DNA from: Promethearchaeota archaeon
Lineage (GTDB): Archaea > Asgardarchaeota > Lokiarchaeia > Sigyniarchaeales > SOKP01
Direction of reading: 5' to 3'
Length of the DNA stretch: 20,000 nucleotides
NCBI GenBank assembly: GCA_004524535.1
Contig: SDNY01000008.1
Location: forward strand, 6,314 to 26,313
Part shown: positions 16,729 through 20,000 of the stretch, in pieces
How positions within the stretch are numbered: the stretch's first letter is position 1
Layout of the letters: every line of letters starts with the position of its first letter
Translations under genes and position numbers: made by a program
Notes under the pieces: model-generated
What the model was told of the DNA's origin: nothing
Seen by the model: the letters and a program-made list of their open reading frames with translations, nothing else
Databases searched by the model: none

Positions 16729-18324
16729 ATGGCAAATGAATTAGAGGATGTAAGTGGCATTGGAAAGGCAACAGCTGAAAGATTAAAAGCGGCAGGGATT
16801 GATTCAGTTCAAAAATTAGCTACTGTAAAACTTGAAGATTTATTAGGATTAAAAATTAAAGGTGTTGGAACAGCCACTGCAAAAAAATATATAGAGAACG
16901 CTAGAAGTATGTTTGAAAAAATGACTTCTAAAGAAAAGGTTACAACTCCATCTAAAGTAGTTAAAGAAAAAGAAGTTAAAAAAGAGAAGAAAATCCCAGA
17001 AAAAGCTAAAGTAAAGGAAAAAAAAGCAAAAGCAATAGAAGAAAAAGGATTGGATGTAAAGAAGGAATTAAGACAACAAGCTGAATGCAACATTGGTTTA
17101 GTTGGTCATGTAGACCACGGAAAAACAACGCTAGTTAAGGCTATGACTGGAGATTGGACAGACAGACATTCTGAAGAACAAGAGCGTGGTATATCTATTA
17201 AATTAGGATATTCTAACGCAACAATTCTCTACTGTCCAACATGCGATATTTATGTAACGGCACATATGGCTGAATTGGAAAGAAAAAAAGGTCAACCCCG
17301 ATATACTTGTTCAAAATGCAAAGGTAAATTAATTTTTAAGCGTAATATTTCTTTTGTGGACGCACCTGGACATGAAATACTAATGGCAACCATGCTTAGT
17401 GGAGCCTCTCTAATGGACGGAGCTTGCCTATTAATTGCTGCGGATGAACCATGTCCACAACCTCAAACAAGAGAACACTTAGCTGCTTTAAACATTGCAG
17501 GGATTAAGAACATCATTGTTGTACAGAACAAGATAGATGCCGTTTCAAAAGAGCAAACTTTAGAGAACTACAATCAAATTAAAGATTTTATTAAAGGAAC
17601 TGTTGCTGAAAATGCACCAATAATACCAACCTCATCTGTTTTTAACTCAAACATAGATTTAGTGATTCGCGCTTTTGAAGAAGTAATCCCTTCTCCCAAA
17701 TTGAATGAAGACGAGGAATTTCAGTTTTTAATAGCTCGGTCATTTGATATTAATCGCCCTGGAAGTGAAATTGATGATTTAAAAGGTGGCGTTATTGGTG
17801 GTTCTGTATTAAAAGGAAAAATAAAAATTGGTGATAAAATAGAAATTCGACCTGGCCTTCACATTAAAGATAATTATATGCCATTAAAATCAACTATCAT
17901 TAGTATTAGTCAAGGTAAGAATTTATTGGAGGAAGCTAAACCAGGGGGGCTTATAGGTTTAGGAACAAAATTAGATCCGTCTTTGACTAAGGGAGATTCT
18001 TTAATTGGTCATTTAGTTGGTCGACCAGGAGAGTTACCAGAAATCCTTTCTGAAGTGGAATTAAATGTTAATCTTTTAGATCGAGTGATAGGTTCTGAAA
18101 ATATGATAAAAGTGCACGATCTCAAGCATAATGAAAAATTATTGCTAGTTGTTGGTACAGAAAAAACAGGTGGAATAGTTACAAAAATTTTAAAGAATAC
18201 CGTAATAATTAAATTAAATCCCCCAATTTGTCCTGCGGAAAATTTTATTTACGCTATTTCTCGTATAATTAATCGCCGTTATCGATTAATTGGATATGGA
18301 GTTAATATAAATCACAATAAATAG
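16729..18324 (+). CDS. eif2G: Translation initiation factor aIF2-gamma with N-terminal helix-hairpin-helix domain and charged linker
   Basis: 'NIGLVGHVDHGKTTLVKAMTGDWTDRHSEEQERGISIKLGY', 'CPTCDIY...CSKCKG' Zn knuckle, 'SFVDAPGHEILMATMLSGASLMDGACLLIAADEPCPQPQTREHL', 'VQNKIDAV'. N-term 'LEDVSGIGKATAERLKAAGIDSVQKLATVKLEDLLGLKIKGVGTATAKKYIENARSMFEKM' is HhH. Confidence 0.95.
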   Translation: MANELEDVSGIGKATAERLKAAGIDSVQKLATVKLEDLLGLKIKGVGTATAKKYIENARSMFEKMTSKEKVTTPSKVVKEKEVKKEKKIPEKAKVKEKKAKAIEEKGLDVKKELRQQAECNIGLVGHVDHGKTTLVKAMTGDWTDRHSEEQERGISIKLGYSNATILYCPTCDIYVTAHMAELERKKGQPRYTCSKCKGKLIFKRNISFVDAPGHEILMATMLSGASLMDGACLLIAADEPCPQPQTREHLAALNIAGIKNIIVVQNKIDAVSKEQTLENYNQIKDFIKGTVAENAPIIPTSSVFNSNIDLVIRAFEEVIPSPKLNEDEEFQFLIARSFDINRPGSEIDDLKGGVIGGSVLKGKIKIGDKIEIRPGLHIKDNYMPLKSTIISISQGKNLLEEAKPGGLIGLGTKLDPSLTKGDSLIGHLVGRPGELPEILSEVELNVNLLDRVIGSENMIKVHDLKHNEKLLLVVGTEKTGGIVTKILKNTVIIKLNPPICPAENFIYAISRIINRRYRLIGYGVNINHNK

Positions 18325-18374
18325 GAACAAAGTATTTTTTTTAATAATTATATTCGGATTTACTAATTTAAACA

Positions 18375-18665
18375 TTAAGACGAATAGGAAAGATATATTT
18401 CCCGTATCTTTCCTTTTATTAAAGATAACGAAGAATCTACGTTACTAAAAATTCTCTTCAACTCGTTAATTACTTCTTGACCTGTATCTGAAGTTCCTGA
18501 TTTATTTAAATTAATTTTAGTTTCATATAAAACAATAAATTCTTCAACTTTAGAAAGGAAATGTAATATAATTTCGACATTAATTTCGCTGGATAAATCA
18601 TTTTCGGTTTTCATTTCTTTAAATTCATAAAAAATTTCATTCATTATTCGAGGTTTGATGGACAA
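18375..18665 (-). CDS. Hypothetical protein (frame open upstream to about 18734)
   Basis: Annotated start is TTG. The same frame upstream reads FFIRGEIEIIVIFIDNIDDFVDLL without ATG or GTG. Confidence 0.45.
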   Translation of the reverse strand: MSIKPRIMNEIFYEFKEMKTENDLSSEINVEIILHFLSKVEEFIVLYETKINLNKSGTSDTGQEVINELKRIFSNVDSSLSLIKGKIREIYLSYSS

Positions 18666-18734
18666 TAAATCAACAAAATCGTCTATATTATCAATGAAAA
18701 TAACAATTATTTCAATTTCACCTCGAATAAAGAA

Positions 18735-20000
18735 TCATTTATCTTCACGCTTTAAATAAAAAATTAAACCTAGGATGAAAAAAAGTCCTCCTATTCCTCC
18801 AAATATTAAAATTAACAGAGGAAAGTGAATAATCTGCGTAACTATATAATTAATATCCAAAAACGCGCTTACTTCTGCCTTTTTTATCAAATCATCGCTA
18901 TCTCTTCTATATATTTTAGCTGTATAATTGCCGTTAGGAACATCTTCAATTAAGACTTCTCCATTCTCATCTGTTATTAATGGGCCTAAAGGTTGCGATT
19001 TATCTTTAGATATATAAGTCCCAAATATTTCATCATAATAATAAAGTACAACCTCCAAATCAGATAATGGCATGTTAATATTATCTGTAATAATAATTCT
19101 CAGATCATTTGTAGTTTCATACCTTATTATAAAAGGACATGTCTCTCCCTTAATTATATAGGGTAGCGTAATTTTTATGCCCTGTCGTTTAGTGGCATAT
19201 TCGTGAAATATTAAGCTATTTCTAATATCTTCTTCTAGTTCACTAATATTTATCTCTTTATATAATACAATCCTTTTAAATAACGAAGTACTAGTTATAA
19301 CTTGGTCAAAGGAGATTGTTTCTTCTAAAATCTTAACATGTTTGAGAAAAATATGTTTTGGTCCAGAAATTATCTCTGGAAAATATATTCTTTCCCTTAT
19401 ATCTTTGTCTTCAACAAGTCTATCAATACCCCATGTATAATCAACAGGATCGACGAAATCCAACGTAAAGCTTGTGGTAAAATCGATAGCTATGGAGCTT
19501 TCATTAGCTCTAATTAAATCTTTTGTGTACACAGACTTATCAGGATGTAAAAAATCGGTAGTAATTCTAATACCATTTATACTTAATCTATGACTACTCA
19601 ATAAGTTTTTATCCGGAAGATCTATAGTCAAATTTATCAATAAATCATCAGCGGGTATTTTTTTAAATCCATCTTTAGTTAGGTTATATTTATACCCAAT
19701 TATATCAAAATTGTAATTGAATCTTGGATAAACTATATTATCTTCATCTGTTATAATTAATTCTTGTGAAATATCTTGAGTAAGTTGCCAAGGGTCAATA
19801 GTTAAATTATAACGCCATATGATGTGCATTGTAAAATTTAGAGTATTTAATTTGAAGTAGTTTTTATAATTAAATTTTAGGAAGTTAATCTCAGTCTCAG
19901 GAGGTTTAATAAGGGAATAATTACCATCGTTCACTTTTTTAATACTCTCTGTATTATTTTCAACTAGCAACTGATCTATAACGCAAGGGGTTAATTTTGA
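18735..20000 (-). CDS. Surface/secreted protein with C-terminal Ig/SpaA-like domain and TM anchor (5' end beyond window)
   Basis: Frame stays open from the TTG at 19970 to the window edge. 'GPLITDENGEVLIEDVPNGNYTAKIYR' carboxypeptidase-regulatory-like pattern, then 'FPLLILIFGGIGGLFFILGLIFYLKRE' C-terminal TM. Confidence 0.7.
   Translation of the reverse strand, partial: SKLTPCVIDQLLVENNTESIKKVNDGNYSLIKPPETEINFLKFNYKNYFKLNTLNFTMHIIWRYNLTIDPWQLTQDISQELIITDEDNIVYPRFNYNFDIIGYKYNLTKDGFKKIPADDLLINLTIDLPDKNLLSSHRLSINGIRITTDFLHPDKSVYTKDLIRANESSIAIDFTTSFTLDFVDPVDYTWGIDRLVEDKDIRERIYFPEIISGPKHIFLKHVKILEETISFDQVITSTSLFKRIVLYKEINISELEEDIRNSLIFHEYATKRQGIKITLPYIIKGETCPFIIRYETTNDLRIIITDNINMPLSDLEVVLYYYDEIFGTYISKDKSQPLGPLITDENGEVLIEDVPNGNYTAKIYRRDSDDLIKKAEVSAFLDINYIVTQIIHFPLLILIFGGIGGLFFILGLIFYLKREDK

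Noticed and set aside
16809-17093. Minus-strand 94-aa ORF rich in Phe/Ser
   Set aside because: Antisense to the Lys/Glu-rich linker of the HhH-aIF2-gamma gene; composition is explained by that linker.

Overview
Asgard-like (Lokiarchaeota-like) AT-rich archaeal chromosomal segment; the lineage is inferred from gene content. It carries informational genes (an Spt5/NusG-like factor, aIF1A, and an aIF2-gamma with an N-terminal helix-hairpin-helix extension), two closely related Rab/Rho/Arf-like small GTPases with a PIN-domain gene between them, a longin/roadblock-like protein, metabolic enzymes (acyl-CoA dehydrogenase, Fe-type alcohol dehydrogenase, molybdopterin oxidoreductase, cupins) and surface proteins (a gingipain-like C25 peptidase and a large TM-anchored protein). 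The standout signal is non-coding, on the minus strand between about 13783 and 13987: a 5S rRNA whose halves are in swapped order (3' half, then a 35-nt hairpin linker, then the 5' half). Both new ends carry the same CCGGAAG heptamer. These copies can form a bulge-helix-bulge (4-bp CCGG/CCGG helix, AAG bulges). Cutting each AA^G and ligating regenerates the conserved archaeal 5S sequence GAACCCGGAAGUUAA and would give a 151-nt circular RNA. The outer flanks are also complementary (11 bp). I read this as a circularly permuted 5S rRNA gene probably matured by tRNA-splicing-type endonuclease and ligase. A second unannotated signal is a short decayed RadA/Rad51-like N-terminal fragment at about 6921-7061. 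All calls are from hand reading; no database search or folding program was run.
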